From Eledone cirrhosa (Eukaryota): a stretch of 64,000 bases of DNA. The notes below the pieces were generated by a model. It was given only the letters and a program-made list of their open reading frames with translations, did no database searches and was not told where the DNA came from. Below are positions 38,057-50,580 of the stretch, in pieces. The translations under genes and the position numbers were made by a program. The stretch is taken from the NCBI GenBank assembly GCA_964016885.1, contig OZ024751.1, positions 8,990,001 through 9,054,000 on the forward strand, read 5' to 3'. The number at the start of each line of letters is the position of its first letter. The stretch's first letter is position 1.

Positions 38057-38114
38057 CTTTACTTGCTAACATTGTTTCATCCGCACTATAAGTGGGACTC
38101 ATCAGAGCATAAAG
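38057..38114 (-). ncRNA. Hammerhead ribozyme (mirror of 43546-43603)
   Basis: Reverse complement of the + copy. Confidence 0.85.
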
Positions 38115-38719
38115 GTTAATTACATACCATACAAGCAATAACAAATCCAAGACATTGAAGAATGAAAAATAATAGAAGATAAAGGATATTAAGGAAGTAA
38201 AAGTAAAAATAAGAATAAAAATAAAAATAAAAATAAAAATAAAATAATAAAATAAACAATGAAAAATAAGGGGTGCTATCAGTCACAGTTGGGCGGGGTG
38301 CTGTCAACATATAGTTACATACAAGCATACACATGGATACACAGACAAGAGTAGATAAGATAGATAGGATTAGGTAAGAGTAGGTAAAAAATAGGTGAAA
38401 AACAGACTTATAATATATATAAGAAAATATAAAGAAATATATAACAAACTTACATATAGAATATAAAATATACAGATAATAGTGATACAGGGTAAGGAAT
38501 GAAATAAAATAATATAAAATTAAAATTAAAATTATATAAAATAGAACATAATATAATATAATCATAAAATAAGATAAAATAAGGTAAACTAAAATAAAAT
38601 AAAATAGACTAAAGTAAAATAATATAATATAAGATATAATTAAATGTAATTAAATAAATAAATAAATAAATAAATAAGTAAAATTAAATAAATAAATAAA
38701 ATTAAAATTAAAATTAGAT

Positions 38720-38767
<48 letters not shown>

Positions 38768-40238
38768 AATTAAATAAGTAAATAAATAAAGTTAGATAAA
38801 ATGAAATGAAATAAAATAAAATAAAATGAAATAAAGTAAATTGAGATAAGATATATATTTTTTTAGAATATATCTCTTGAATATATCAGGGGCCCACGAA
38901 GGCACTAAGTGTCACAGTTATCTGTATCACTTGACCATTTTTTTTAAATATATTTCTTGAAAATATCAGGGGCCCACGAAGGCACTAAGTGTCACAGTCA
39001 CCAGTATCACTTGACCATTGCAAGGCAATGGAGGCGTCCCAGGTTGGGCAGTCTCAAAAGTTCACTCGAAAGTCACGGGTGTGCATTCACACAGTGGAGC
39101 GGTGGGGTAATCACAAACCGGTTCACACCCGGGCAGGAGTCCAATGGTCAAACAGAGGTGCATCGAAGGAAGGTAGGAGAATTCACGTGCAGTAGCAAGC
39201 GAGGTGCAGGCGGGTTAGCCAAAGCAAGCAGACACAGTTGGAGCGCATACAAAAGATATATAAAAAGACAAAAGATATATAAAAAATAGCTTCAAGAGCC
39301 ATGAAGTCACCGTATTGGGACATCGCAAGATTGTACACATCAATATGTTCAGCACGTATATGCACATATACACACCACATGCATATGCAGAGACGGTATA
39401 CATATATATATATATATTTTTTTTTATATACAGACATATACAACCACCTACACCCATACACATATAAATGTATACACAGACACACACGCACACACACACA
39501 GCGTAGGACACCCGGGTCAAAGCTGATATTAAACACCGAAATACCACATTAGGCAAGACCCACCACCACGGATAATACATTCAAAATAAATACATACGAT
39601 GAGATGTAGTAAAATAAAGTTGAATTCCTACGGAGATAATCATGTCCGCACGTGCCATTGCCCGATTAAGTGTACACAGACCGTTAGTAACTACGGAGGG
39701 CTATCGGGGCCAAAACGTTACTTTCGGGATCATAACAACGACCGTCAATATATGGAAGGCCAATCGTGCTAGAAAGACTACAACCCCGGGCAAGAGCTCC
39801 CAGAAGTCAGCCTGTAGATCTTAAACCACAGAATATGAGGGCAACACGTACATGCGCCACGTATCTACTGCTTACGGCGGGGTGGCACAGGTCCGCCCAC
39901 AGTTACAGGCTACATTTCTATTAGTGCAGCCTATATCACAGTACACGCTCTACATAGATACATTACATCACAACTCATGCGCATACAGAGGTACAGATCC
40001 ACAAGATATACGTCAGGATAGACCCACCAATGCACCAATGGTGGGTAGGCGAGCATGGATGGGTTACATCCGCTGTGCCAAACAGGGGTGCTTATTAACA
40101 TACACACCCACTCACCTGTACACCCCAATAGCTAACAGGTTTAAAGTAGAAGAAAGAGCTTAATATTCGGTGGGGGCAGGAGGAAAATATTTCAGACTTT
40201 CTATTTAGTAGAGGGCATTTAGCAAATATAATAGAATA

Positions 40239-41399
40239 AGTTCACTCTCACATAGTGAGGAGGCGTTTGACTCGCAGGCTGATTACTATAATGATGCCTT
40301 AGCTAGATCCGGCTTTAGGGACAAATTGTATTACACCCAGGGAAATAATAGTCCTAATAGTAGCTCTACCAGTGTTGTTATAACAGATAATATGTCCATT
40401 GGTAATGGAGGTGTCGCGAATGGGAGGGTTCTAAATGCCGGTGGAATGAAGCAGCAGGGCACCATTAGTCTAAGTAATAGCAATAGAGGTGTCGCGAATG
40501 GGAGGTTTCTAAATGCCGGTGGAATGAACCAGCAGGGCACCATTAGTCTAAGTAATAGCGATGGTAGGCCTCGCAGCTCCCCGCATAGACTAGGTGAGCA
40601 TAGTAACCGTAGATATAATAATGCTAATAATAGTGATGGAAATAGAAAGAATAAAAAGAATAGAAGAAGATTGAATATATACTTCAACCCCCCTTTTAAT
40701 TCTGAAGTGGCTATAAATATTCCTAGGGCCTTCTTCTCTGTGTTAGAAAGGAACTTCCCTCCTGGTAATAGGTACCACTCTATCCTCAATAAGAATGTTG
40801 TTAAACTTTCGTATTCTACAACCCAAAATCTGGCCTCTCATCTGGCCATTACTAATAATAAGAAAATAAAGGAAGGCCTGGACAACCTAAGCCTAGGGGA
40901 AAACACGGTAGTGGACAGAGTGGGCAGAAACACAAGTGGTGATCATTCTGAGAATAGCATCACCAGAGGTTGTAACTGTAGAAGGGCTTCAGGCTGCCCC
41001 CTGAATGGTTTCTGCCTTATTAGAAACATAGTTTATGCGTGTGATGTGGTAACTACGGCGTCCACTAAAACCTATATAGGATCAACCTCCACCCGCTTTA
41101 AGACCAGGTTTAACTCTCACCAATGCACTTTTAGACATAATAAACTGAGGAACTCCACCTCCTTGGCAGCGTACGTCCATAATTTAAAAAATGCACGAAC
41201 ACATTACACAGATACTTGGCGGCAGGTTGCTAAATCCCATCCATATACTCCTCATAATAGAGTATGTAACCTATGCGTTGCCGAATCCCACTCTATTATA
41301 TTTGCTAAATGCCCTCTACTAAATAGAAAGTCTGAAATATTTTCCTCCTGCCCCCACCGAATATTAAGCTCTTTCTTCTACTTTAAACCTGTTAGCTAG
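40239..41399 (+). CDS. PLE RT C-terminus, linker and GIY-YIG endonuclease (N-terminally truncated, open frame)
   Basis: YYNDALARSGF, IYFNPPFN, KLSYST, CNC..CPL..CL, NIVY..TYIGST..FKTR, CNLCVAE, SCPHR. Confidence 0.88.
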   Translation, partial: SSLSHSEEAFDSQADYYNDALARSGFRDKLYYTQGNNSPNSSSTSVVITDNMSIGNGGVANGRVLNAGGMKQQGTISLSNSNRGVANGRFLNAGGMNQQGTISLSNSDGRPRSSPHRLGEHSNRRYNNANNSDGNRKNKKNRRRLNIYFNPPFNSEVAINIPRAFFSVLERNFPPGNRYHSILNKNVVKLSYSTTQNLASHLAITNNKKIKEGLDNLSLGENTVVDRVGRNTSGDHSENSITRGCNCRRASGCPLNGFCLIRNIVYACDVVTTASTKTYIGSTSTRFKTRFNSHQCTFRHNKLRNSTSLAAYVHNLKNARTHYTDTWRQVAKSHPYTPHNRVCNLCVAESHSIIFAKCPLLNRKSEIFSSCPHRILSSFFYFKPVS

Positions 41400-42900
41400 C
41401 ACTTCCTTATTTCTCCAGTTGGGCTATCTTGTGTAACTGTCTCTGATTGTGTGTAACTGTCTCCTATTGTTGGTCTTCTATGTATATGAGTCGGTGAGTG
41501 TATACGTATGCCTGCGGGAGGATATTGATCTGGATATTGGGGTGTACAGGTGAGTGGGTGTGTATGTTAATAAGCACCCCTGTTTGGCACAGCGGATGTA
41601 ACCCATCCACGCTCGCCTACCCACCATAGGTGCATTGGTGGGTCTATCCTGACGTATATCTTGTGGATCTGTATCTCTGTATGCGCATGAGTTGTGATGT
41701 AATGTATCTATGTAGAGCGTGTACTGTGATATAGGCTGCACTAATAGAAATTTAGCCTGTAACTGTGGGCGGACCTGTGCCATCCCGCCGTAAGCAGTAG
41801 ATACGTGGGGCATGTACGTGTTGCCCTCATATTCTGTGGTTTAAGATCTACAGGCTGACTTCTGGGAGCTCTTGCCCGGGGTTGTAGTCTTTCTAGCACG
41901 ATCGGCCTTCCATATATTGACGGTCGTTGTTATGATCCCGAAAGTAACGTTTTGGCCCAGATAGCCCTCCGTAGTTACTAACGGTCTGTGTACACTTAAT
42001 CGGGCAATGGCACGTGCGGACATGATTATCTCCGTAGGAATTCAACTTTATTTTACTACATCTCATCGTATGTATTTATTTTGAATGTATTATCCGTGGT
42101 GGTGGGTCTTGCCTAATGTGGTATTTCGGTGTTTAATATCAGCTTTGACCCGGGTGTCCTACGCTGTGTGTGTGTGCGTGTGTGTCTGTGTATACATTTA
42201 TATGTGTATGGGTGTAGGTGGTTGTATATGTCTGTATATAAAAAAAATATATATATATATATGTATACCGTCTCTGCATATGCATGTGGTGTGTATATGT
42301 GCATATACGTGCTGAACATATTGATGTGTACAATCTTGCGATGTCCCAATACGGTGACTTCATGGCTCTTGAAGCTATTTTTTATATATCTTTTGTCTTT
42401 TTATATATCTTTTGTATGCGCTCCAACTGTGTCTGCTTGCTTTGGCTAACCCGCCTGCACCTCGCTTGCTACTGCACGTGAATTCTCCTACCTTCCTTCG
42501 ATGCACCTCTGTTTGACCATTGGACTCCTGCCCGGGTGTGAACCGGTTTGTGATAAACCCACCGCTCCACTGTGTGAATGCACACCCGTGACTTTCGAGT
42601 GAACTTTTGAGACTGCCCAACCTGGGACGCCTCCATTGCCTTGCAATGGTCAAGTGATACTGGTGACTGTGACACTTAGTGCCTTCGTGGGCTCCTGATA
42701 TTTTCAAGAAATATATTTTAAAAAAATGGTCAAGTGATACAGATAACTGTGACACTTAGTGCCTTCGTGGGCCCCTGATATATTCAAGAGATATATTCTA
42801 AAAAAATATATATCTTATCTCAATTTACTTTATTTCATTTTATTTTATTTTATTTCATTTCATTTTATCTAACTTTATTTATTTACTTATTTAATTTCAT

Positions 42901-42940
<40 letters not shown>

Positions 42941-43545
42941 ATCTAATTTTAATTTTAATTTTATTTATTTATTTAATTTTACTTATTTATTTATTTATTT
43001 ATTTATTTAATTACATTTAATTATATCTTATATTATATTATTTTACTTTAGTCTATTTTATTTTATTTTAGTTTACCTTATTTTATCTTATTTTATGATT
43101 ATATTATATTATGTTCTATTTTATATAATTTTAATTTTAATTTTATATTATTTTATTTCATTCCTTACCCTGTATCACTATTATCTGTATATTTTATATT
43201 CTATATGTAAGTTTGTTATATATTTCTTTATATTTTCTTATATATATTATAAGTCTGTTTTTCACCTATTTTTTACCTACTCTTACCTAATCCTATCTAT
43301 CTTATCTACTCTTGTCTGTGTATCCATGTGTATGCTTGTATGTAACTATATGTTGACAGCACCCCGCCCAACTGTGACTGATAGCACCCCTTATTTTTCA
43401 TTGTTTATTTTATTATTTTATTTTTATTTTTATTTTTATTTTTATTCTTATTTTTACTTTTACTTCCTTAATATCCTTTATCTTCTATTATTTTTCATTC
43501 TTCAATGTCTTGGATTTGTTATTGCTTGTATGGTATGTAATTAAC

Positions 43546-43603
43546 CTTTATGCTCTGATGAGTCCCACTTATAGTGCGGATGAAACAATGTTAGCAAGTA
43601 AAG
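43546..43603 (+). ncRNA. Hammerhead ribozyme in PLE 3' pLTR
   Basis: CTTTATGCT-CTGATGA-GTCC CAC ttata GTG c GGAT-GAAA-CAATG-TT-AGCA ag TAAAG. Confidence 0.85.
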
Positions 43604-43730
43604 ATATGCATATGCTATAGGCGTTCTTTGTTATTTATTATATCACGGCTCTGTCCTCAGACATCGAGCTAACCTTATACTGCCTGCTGGATAAGTGGAG
43701 TGTTATACACCCCTGATCCTCTCCCTAGTA

Positions 43731-43804
<74 letters not shown>

Positions 43805-43969
43805 GTATACACACACATATATATACATATGTACATATATATAGATGTCAGAGTAATAACATACAGTTTAAATGGGTTTGCAAATTGAAAATAGCGACCG
43901 CTAATTCAGCTGCGTGATCTGTAGCAACGAAAGAACTGACTTCTGAGAAAAGGAAATACACACACACAT

Positions 43970-44054
<85 letters not shown>

Positions 44055-44159
44055 TATGTGTATATATATGTGTGTGTATATATCTATATGTATATATGCA
44101 TATATATATATATGAATATATATATATATATGTGTATATATATATAAATACATGTATAA

Positions 44160-44215
<56 letters not shown>

Positions 44216-44371
44216 GTATGTGTGTATATATATATATGTATATATATATATGTATATATGTATAAACATATATATGTATAAATATATATATATAAACATA
44301 TATAAATATATTTATACATACGTATAAATATATATATAAATACATATATGTACATATATATATATATATGC

Positions 44372-45380
44372 AGATGATTGTGATCTCTTTGCACACTCCC
44401 AGAGTGACATGCACCACTTTATGGATTCTTTTCCCAATGTGTGCAGTGCTTTGGGACTGACAATCAGTCTGAAGAAGACTGTCGTCATGTACCAACCTGC
44501 TCCGGATAAAGTTTTCAATGAATCCTCTATATACGTATACGGTAAAAAGCTGAAGGCTGCTGACCCATTTGAATATTTGGGGAGTACTCTGAGTGTGGCC
44601 TGCTCACTGGTTGCAGAAGTTGCTCTACGTGTTTGTAAGGAAAGAGAATCATTTGGAAGGCTCAACGACCGTTTTTGTGCAGGCAAGGAATCGCAATGAG
44701 GCCCAAGATGAGAGTGTATGCTGCATGTGTATTGTTAGCTTTTCTGTATGCATTAGGAACATGGGTTGCCTACAAATGGCATATCCACAGACTGGAATGG
44801 TTTCACCAGCAGTGTCTCTGAAAGATGCTCGGTATCAAGTGGCAGATACATCTGAGTGTTGTTGAGGTCCTTGAGAGAAGTGAATGTCGGAGTATTGAGA
44901 GTATCATCGACCAACGGCGTTTGCGATGGACCGGACACCTCTGCACAATGGCGGATGATCGAATCCCGAAACAACTCTTGTATGGCGAGATTTGTGAGGG
45001 TAAGATACGATCTCACAAGCCAAGGCTCTGATTCAAGAATTGTGTAAAGGAAACATTGAAAAAAACTGGTTTGATGATGGCTGACTGGCAGATAGAAGCT
45101 CTGAAAGAGAAACTTGGCGTGGAATGGTGATTGATTGGGTACATACTTTTAAGGACAGACGCAGAGATCACGAGAAGATCAAACGGGATGTGCGTAAGCA
45201 ATGCGGTGGGTGTGTCTCTCGAAACGATTGGGGTCTCCATTGAATTAAAATGCCCTGACAGTGGAAAGATTTGCATTGGTTAATCTGGTGTATTGGGCCA
45301 CAGTCGCAGCCACGTTCAAAGGGAACTTGTGAAATATGATCTCCACAGTGTTGTGAGGGTTCACGGGCAACCTGATGCAT
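44372..45380 (+). pseudogene. Decayed RTE LINE 3' portion
   Basis: [42 protein letters not shown], terminal zinc-finger remnant. Confidence 0.85.
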
Positions 45381-45592
45381 AAACTCAAGCCAGAGAGTCC
45401 ATAGTTGTCGTCAGAGTGTGAAGGAGTTAAGTGTCTACCGGGCTTGAAAAGCTATATCCGAGCGTCCCACATCTGAATCTGACAAGCGATTAAAATACTC
45501 TTGGCAGAGTTTGCAGCCATTATATATGTATAATTAGATATATGTATATATATATATGTATATATGTATATATATATGTGTATATATATGTA

Positions 45593-45657
<65 letters not shown>

Positions 45658-45661
<4 letters not shown>

Positions 45662-46878
45662 ATGTATATATAATGTAATTTGCAATACACTTTATGCTTA
45701 ATTAAAAGCATTTTGAAGACCGTAAGTTATTGTTTTAAAGTAGTGACAAATTCACTCACTTTGATCTCAGCAAACAGGGGAGATAAGCCGACAAGACTTG
45801 TTTCGCTTTGGTTGAAGCTTATCAAGGCCAACTACCCCACCTGTCTACTGAGATCATTGATGTTATATTCTTATAGAAATCTAGTAAATAATCAGGAGCT
45901 GATTATGCAGAGCGGTTGTTGGTCAGGCAGAAATTAAAAATTAGAATTGGAGCTCTGAAATAGCAATATATATATGGATGTATATATAATGTATTTTGCA
46001 ATACAATTTATGCTTAATTAAAAGCATTTTGAAGACCGTAAGCTATTGTTTTAAAGTAGTGACAAATTCACTCACTTTGATCTCAGCAAACAGGGCAGAT
46101 AAGCCGACAAGACTTGTTTCGCTTTGGTTGAAGCTTATCAAGGCCAACTACCCCACCTGTCTACTGAGATCATTGATGTTATATTCTTATAGAAATCTAG
46201 TAAATAATCAGGAGCTGATTATGCAGAGCGGTTGTTGGTCAGGCAGAAATTAAAAATTAGAATTGGAGCTCTGAAATAGCAATATATATATGGATGTATA
46301 TATACTGTATTTTGCAATACAATTTATGCTTAATTAAAAGCATTTTGAAGACCGTAAGCTATTGTTTTAAAGTAGTGACAAATTCACTCACTTTGATCTC
46401 AGCAAACAGGGGAGATAAGCCGACAAGACTTGTTTCGCTTTGGTTGAAGCTTATCAAGGCCAACTACCTCACCTGTCTACTGAGATCATTGATGTTATAT
46501 TCTTATAGAAATCTAGTAAATAATCATATATATATATATTGCTATTTCAGAGCTCCAATTCTAATTTTTAATTTCTGCCTGACCAACAACCGCTCTGCAT
46601 AATCAGCTGCTGATTATTTACTAGATTTCTATAAGAATATAACATCAATGATCTCAGTAGACAGGTGGGGTAGTTGGCCTTGATAAGCTTCAACTAAAGC
46701 GAAACAAGTCTTGTCGGCTTATCTCCCCTGTTTGCTGAGATCAAAGTGAGTGAATTTGTCACTACTTTAAAACAATAGCTTACGGTCTTCAAAATGCTTT
46801 TAATTAAGCATAAAGTGTATTGCAAAATACATTATATATACATCCATATATATATTGCTATTTCAGAGCTCCAATTCG
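45658..46878 (-). mobile_element. Retrozyme-like array: about 2.75 tandem 316-bp units plus one inverted unit
   Basis: HHR-like motif at 45787, 46103 and 46419 (period 316, - strand) and 46677 (+); flanked by (TA)n. Confidence 0.8.
46677..46718 (+). ncRNA. Hammerhead ribozyme with U3:A8 core (also - strand at 45787-45828, 46103-46144, 46419-46460)
   Basis: GCC-TTGATAA-GCTT caacta AAGC-GAAA-CAAGTCTTG-TC-GGC; stem I extension GGGG/CCCC. Confidence 0.75.
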
Positions 46879-46900
46879 AATATGTATATATGTATATATG

Positions 46901-46942
<42 letters not shown>

Positions 46943-46985
46943 TGTGTATATATATATATATGTATAATGTATATATATATATGTT

Positions 46986-47016
<31 letters not shown>

Positions 47017-47035
47017 ATATATATATGTATATATA

Positions 47036-47077
<42 letters not shown>

Positions 47078-47278
47078 GATATTTATAGATATATATGTAT
47101 ATATGTATATATATATATATTCATATATATACGTGTGTATATATATATACCTATATGTGTATATATGTATATATATATGAATATATATATACGTATATAT
47201 ATATGTATATATATATATATACCTATTTATAGGTATGTATATATAGATATGTATATATATATAGATATGTATATATAG

Positions 47279-47337
<59 letters not shown>

Positions 47338-47349
47338 ATATATATATAT

Positions 47350-48150
47350 AAATAAATTATCGAGAATCGGAATGTCGGCCCACGAAATAACGAAACACAA
47401 TCTTCGAAAAGTGTGGCAAAGTGCTCAATAGTTTGGATAAACCAGAGCTATAACTAACGTTTAAATACCAACACACTGAGACAATGGTTTAAATCATTCG
47501 CACCGCTGAAAAAACGACCAAGAAAATTCGGGTCAGACAAATAATAATATATATGAATGAAAAATCTTTACCTGGACCCGCTAGAATGATGGTAAATTCT
47601 AGCACTTTGGTTTCTGCGGCTCCTAAATCAGTTACCGTCAGCTTACATAAAAAATATCCGGCTGCTGGTAGAATGATGAACGAGGAACCACCTTCTCAAC
47701 AGGCATTTCGTTCGAAAAAATACAAGGGAACCCGTTACTAAATCTACGTGGGGTCCAGCAAGGGAGGGAACCCCTAATTAGGCGAATGAATTCAGTAGTG
47801 TATATTGTTGTAACAATGCAAAATATCACATATCGAATTAGAGTTCTCAACAGACGGGTTAAAATTAACATGAGCTATTCATCAGTCAATAAGATCAACT
47901 AAAAAATCGATAAAATTAACTGGTGAATAGCTAAAGACTGGAGATAAATACAAATAAATTATCGAGAATCGGAATCTCGGCCCCCGAAGTAACGAAACAC
48001 AATCTTCGAAAAGTGTGGCAACGTGCTCAATAGTTGCGATAAACCAGAGCTACAACTAACGTTTAAATACGAACACACTGAGATAATGCTTAAAATCATT
48101 CGCACAGACGAAAAAACGACCAAGAAAATTCGGGTCAGACAAATAATAAC
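47350..48150 (-). repeat. Element with about 200-bp direct repeats (period about 600 bp), family of 30542-31388
   Basis: 47350-47548 matches 47952-48149. Confidence 0.7.
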
Positions 48151-48164
48151 AAAGAATAGCGGAA

Positions 48165-48620
48165 GAGAAGTGGGCCATTGAGAAAATCAAACTCAACCCC
48201 AAATTGTTCTTCTCATTTGCGAAAAAGAATAGTGTTTCCACTGTTGGCCCTCTAGTTGATGAAAATAGCACACTCCAAGAGAATCCTGAAACCACAGGCG
48301 AGATACTGCAGAAACAATACTGCTCTGTTTTCAGCAATCCTGGTATGGCATATCTGGGCTGTATCAGTGATGTTAATCCCCGACACACTGTATCGGACAT
48401 GAAGTTTGGCGCCCTTGATGTCTTAGCGGCAATTCACGAAATTAAACACAATTCAGCAGTACGCCCCGATAGGTTCCCTGCCTGTGTCCTAAAGTTGTGT
48501 CGACACCATCTTGCATCTCATCTTGCTAATCTGTTGAGGAATTCACTGGTTAGGCATTTCCATTAGTTGAACCACTGAAATTATCTTTGCGGAACCCAAC
48601 GGAGATCCATGCTTTTTGTT
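48165..48620 (+). pseudogene. CR1/L2-like LINE ORF2 fragment (EN-RT linker)
   Basis: IKLNPKLFFSF..VGPL..EILQKQYCSVFS..PDRFPACVLK. Confidence 0.7.
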
Positions 48621-49569
48621 ATCTATACGTATATATGCAGGAGTGTAAGCCATATTTCCCACATGTATTTCCGTATATGAGTGTTTCTATGTTTGTTTAT
48701 GTGGGAGTATTTTTGTAAAGAACCGTTTAAAAGAGGATAATAGATGTTCAGTGAACTAAGAATATTTTGCACAGATTAACTGAAACTTAGTGCTGTGGGG
48801 AAATATAAATTTTAATATACTTTTATTCTCATGGAATAATTCTCGTTATTTGAAATAATTTTAATTAATCTGCAATTGATTATCCCCATTACTTTTCTAA
48901 ATGTTAATATTACTGTCGAATAATATTCTAGGAATTATAAATTGTCATCACTAAAACTCTCGGAAAAAAATAATGTGGATTAATTTCCAATCTTAATCTG
49001 TGCGGAAAGCATGTAACAGTAGAATATATAACTGACAATAAATTATGTTATTTCGTTTTTGGGAAGCTACAAATCTTTATGTACAGACTCGTTCGTGCAA
49101 ATGTTAAGAATACAAGAAATAGTTATATTAAGATTTTATAGAACAAAAAAGTTATTGCATTCATAACGTGTTACATAAACGTGATCTCATCCCCATTTTA
49201 TATTCTCTAGTGTCCAATTGGTTTCAGATTTTAATATTTTTAATGCCTTTAGATTTAACCATTGCACATTTAATCTAATCAAGAATAGGGTTCCTAGGCA
49301 GTCAATCGATCTGCCGGAAATTATCTTTAGATATTATGAATGAATTAAATATATTTACAACACCTTTACTAAGCATTAAAACGGATAGTTTGCACATTCA
49401 CACACACACAATCGTTTTATTTTTTGAATTTGGCTGATGATTTTTAGCCGCTTGTAACCCCCTGTTATTTCATTAAGTTGCTGTTTAATCGTTGGTGAAT
49501 GTTAATTTTTTTATTTTAATATTTAACATATAAATATTAACTGTTTATTCTTATTTAAGAGCTTTGATA

Positions 49570-50580
49570 ATGAATTGTGAAAAATCCGCAATTAATAATA
49601 AACCTGTCATGCTACTTATGGAACAAACGACTGGGTGCAAGGGCAGCAGACGTGCCTAGAAATTGTCAACGAACCTCTGGCACAAAACTGATTCAGACGT
49701 TTCAAGGAAGGTTCCTCCAGCTTCGTAAGCAAACCAAAGTCAAGTAGACCGCCTGTTGTGGAGCATGAGGCCTTGCTTGAAATGGTTGAACAACAACCAA
49801 GTAAAAGCGTGCGTTTATTGTCCGCAGAAATTGGTCTTTCACAAAGCACCATTAATGGACAGCTCCATAAGCTCGGTCTTGTCTACAGACGCTGTCGAGA
49901 ATTTCTTTATTGTTTGACTAATGCCCAGGTTGACCTGCGAGTGAACCACTGCAAACAACCGCTGGCACATCCTCGACATGCCTATTTTTGGCGTCGAATT
50001 GTAACTGATGATGGAAAATAGATGTTCATTCATAATCCTAATGAGAATGATCAATGGCTTTGTCCCAGCGAGACTTCAGAACCTGTTCTCAAACAAGGAC
50101 GATTTGAACAGAAGGTCTTTGTGTGTGGCTGGTGTGATTTTTTAGGTGGCGCTGGCGCTCTGAGCTTGTTGCAAATGATCATGCGGTAAACGCTAGCCTT
50201 TATACCCAACAGCCGCAGCGAGTGTACGATGATTTGAAAGTATGCAGCCCCGCATTGGAAAATCAAAAATGCACACCCCTACAGCATGATAAAGCTTCAG
50301 CATACACTGTCAATAATACTGATCCCAAACGTGAGGAACTTGAGAGTTGGGAGTGCTGCCTCATCCTTCCAGTACTTGCGCCATCAAATTATCCCGTTTT
50401 ATATACCATGACTCATTTCCTGCTCGGAATAAGGTTCAAGAATATGGACAAGGTTCGACAGGGTTGAAAAGAGGTTTTTGCATTTACATGAGCCAAATGC
50501 TATAAACATAGAATTGAGCTTTTGGAACAACGGTGTCAAAAAAGAACACAATATGATGAGATCGATTTTATTGAGTAAAC
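49570..50580 (+). pseudogene. Mariner (Tc1/mariner) transposase pseudogene
   Basis: RRIVTDDGK (IVTGDEK-like), LQHDKASAY (HDNARPH-like), LAPSNY (YSPDLAPSDY-like), N-terminal HTH remnants; stops present; TIRs not resolved. Confidence 0.85.

Larger units (their letters stand above)
38017..43732 (+). mobile_element. 5'-truncated PLE with about 2.2-kb inverted copy of its 3' region
   Basis: 38017-40130 mirrors 41535-43643, and 40130-40238 mirrors 41291-41398; central coding fragment; HHR near both outer ends. Confidence 0.9.

Noticed and set aside
38957-40163. Mirrored ORFs in the PLE inverted arms (also 41478-42755)
   Set aside because: No domain motifs; duplicated only because the DNA is inverted
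45680-46602. Three repeated 85-aa ORFs, or a CRISPR-like array
   Set aside because: Whole 316-bp units repeat without unique spacers; eukaryotic context; the ORF is antisense to the ribozyme and has no motifs
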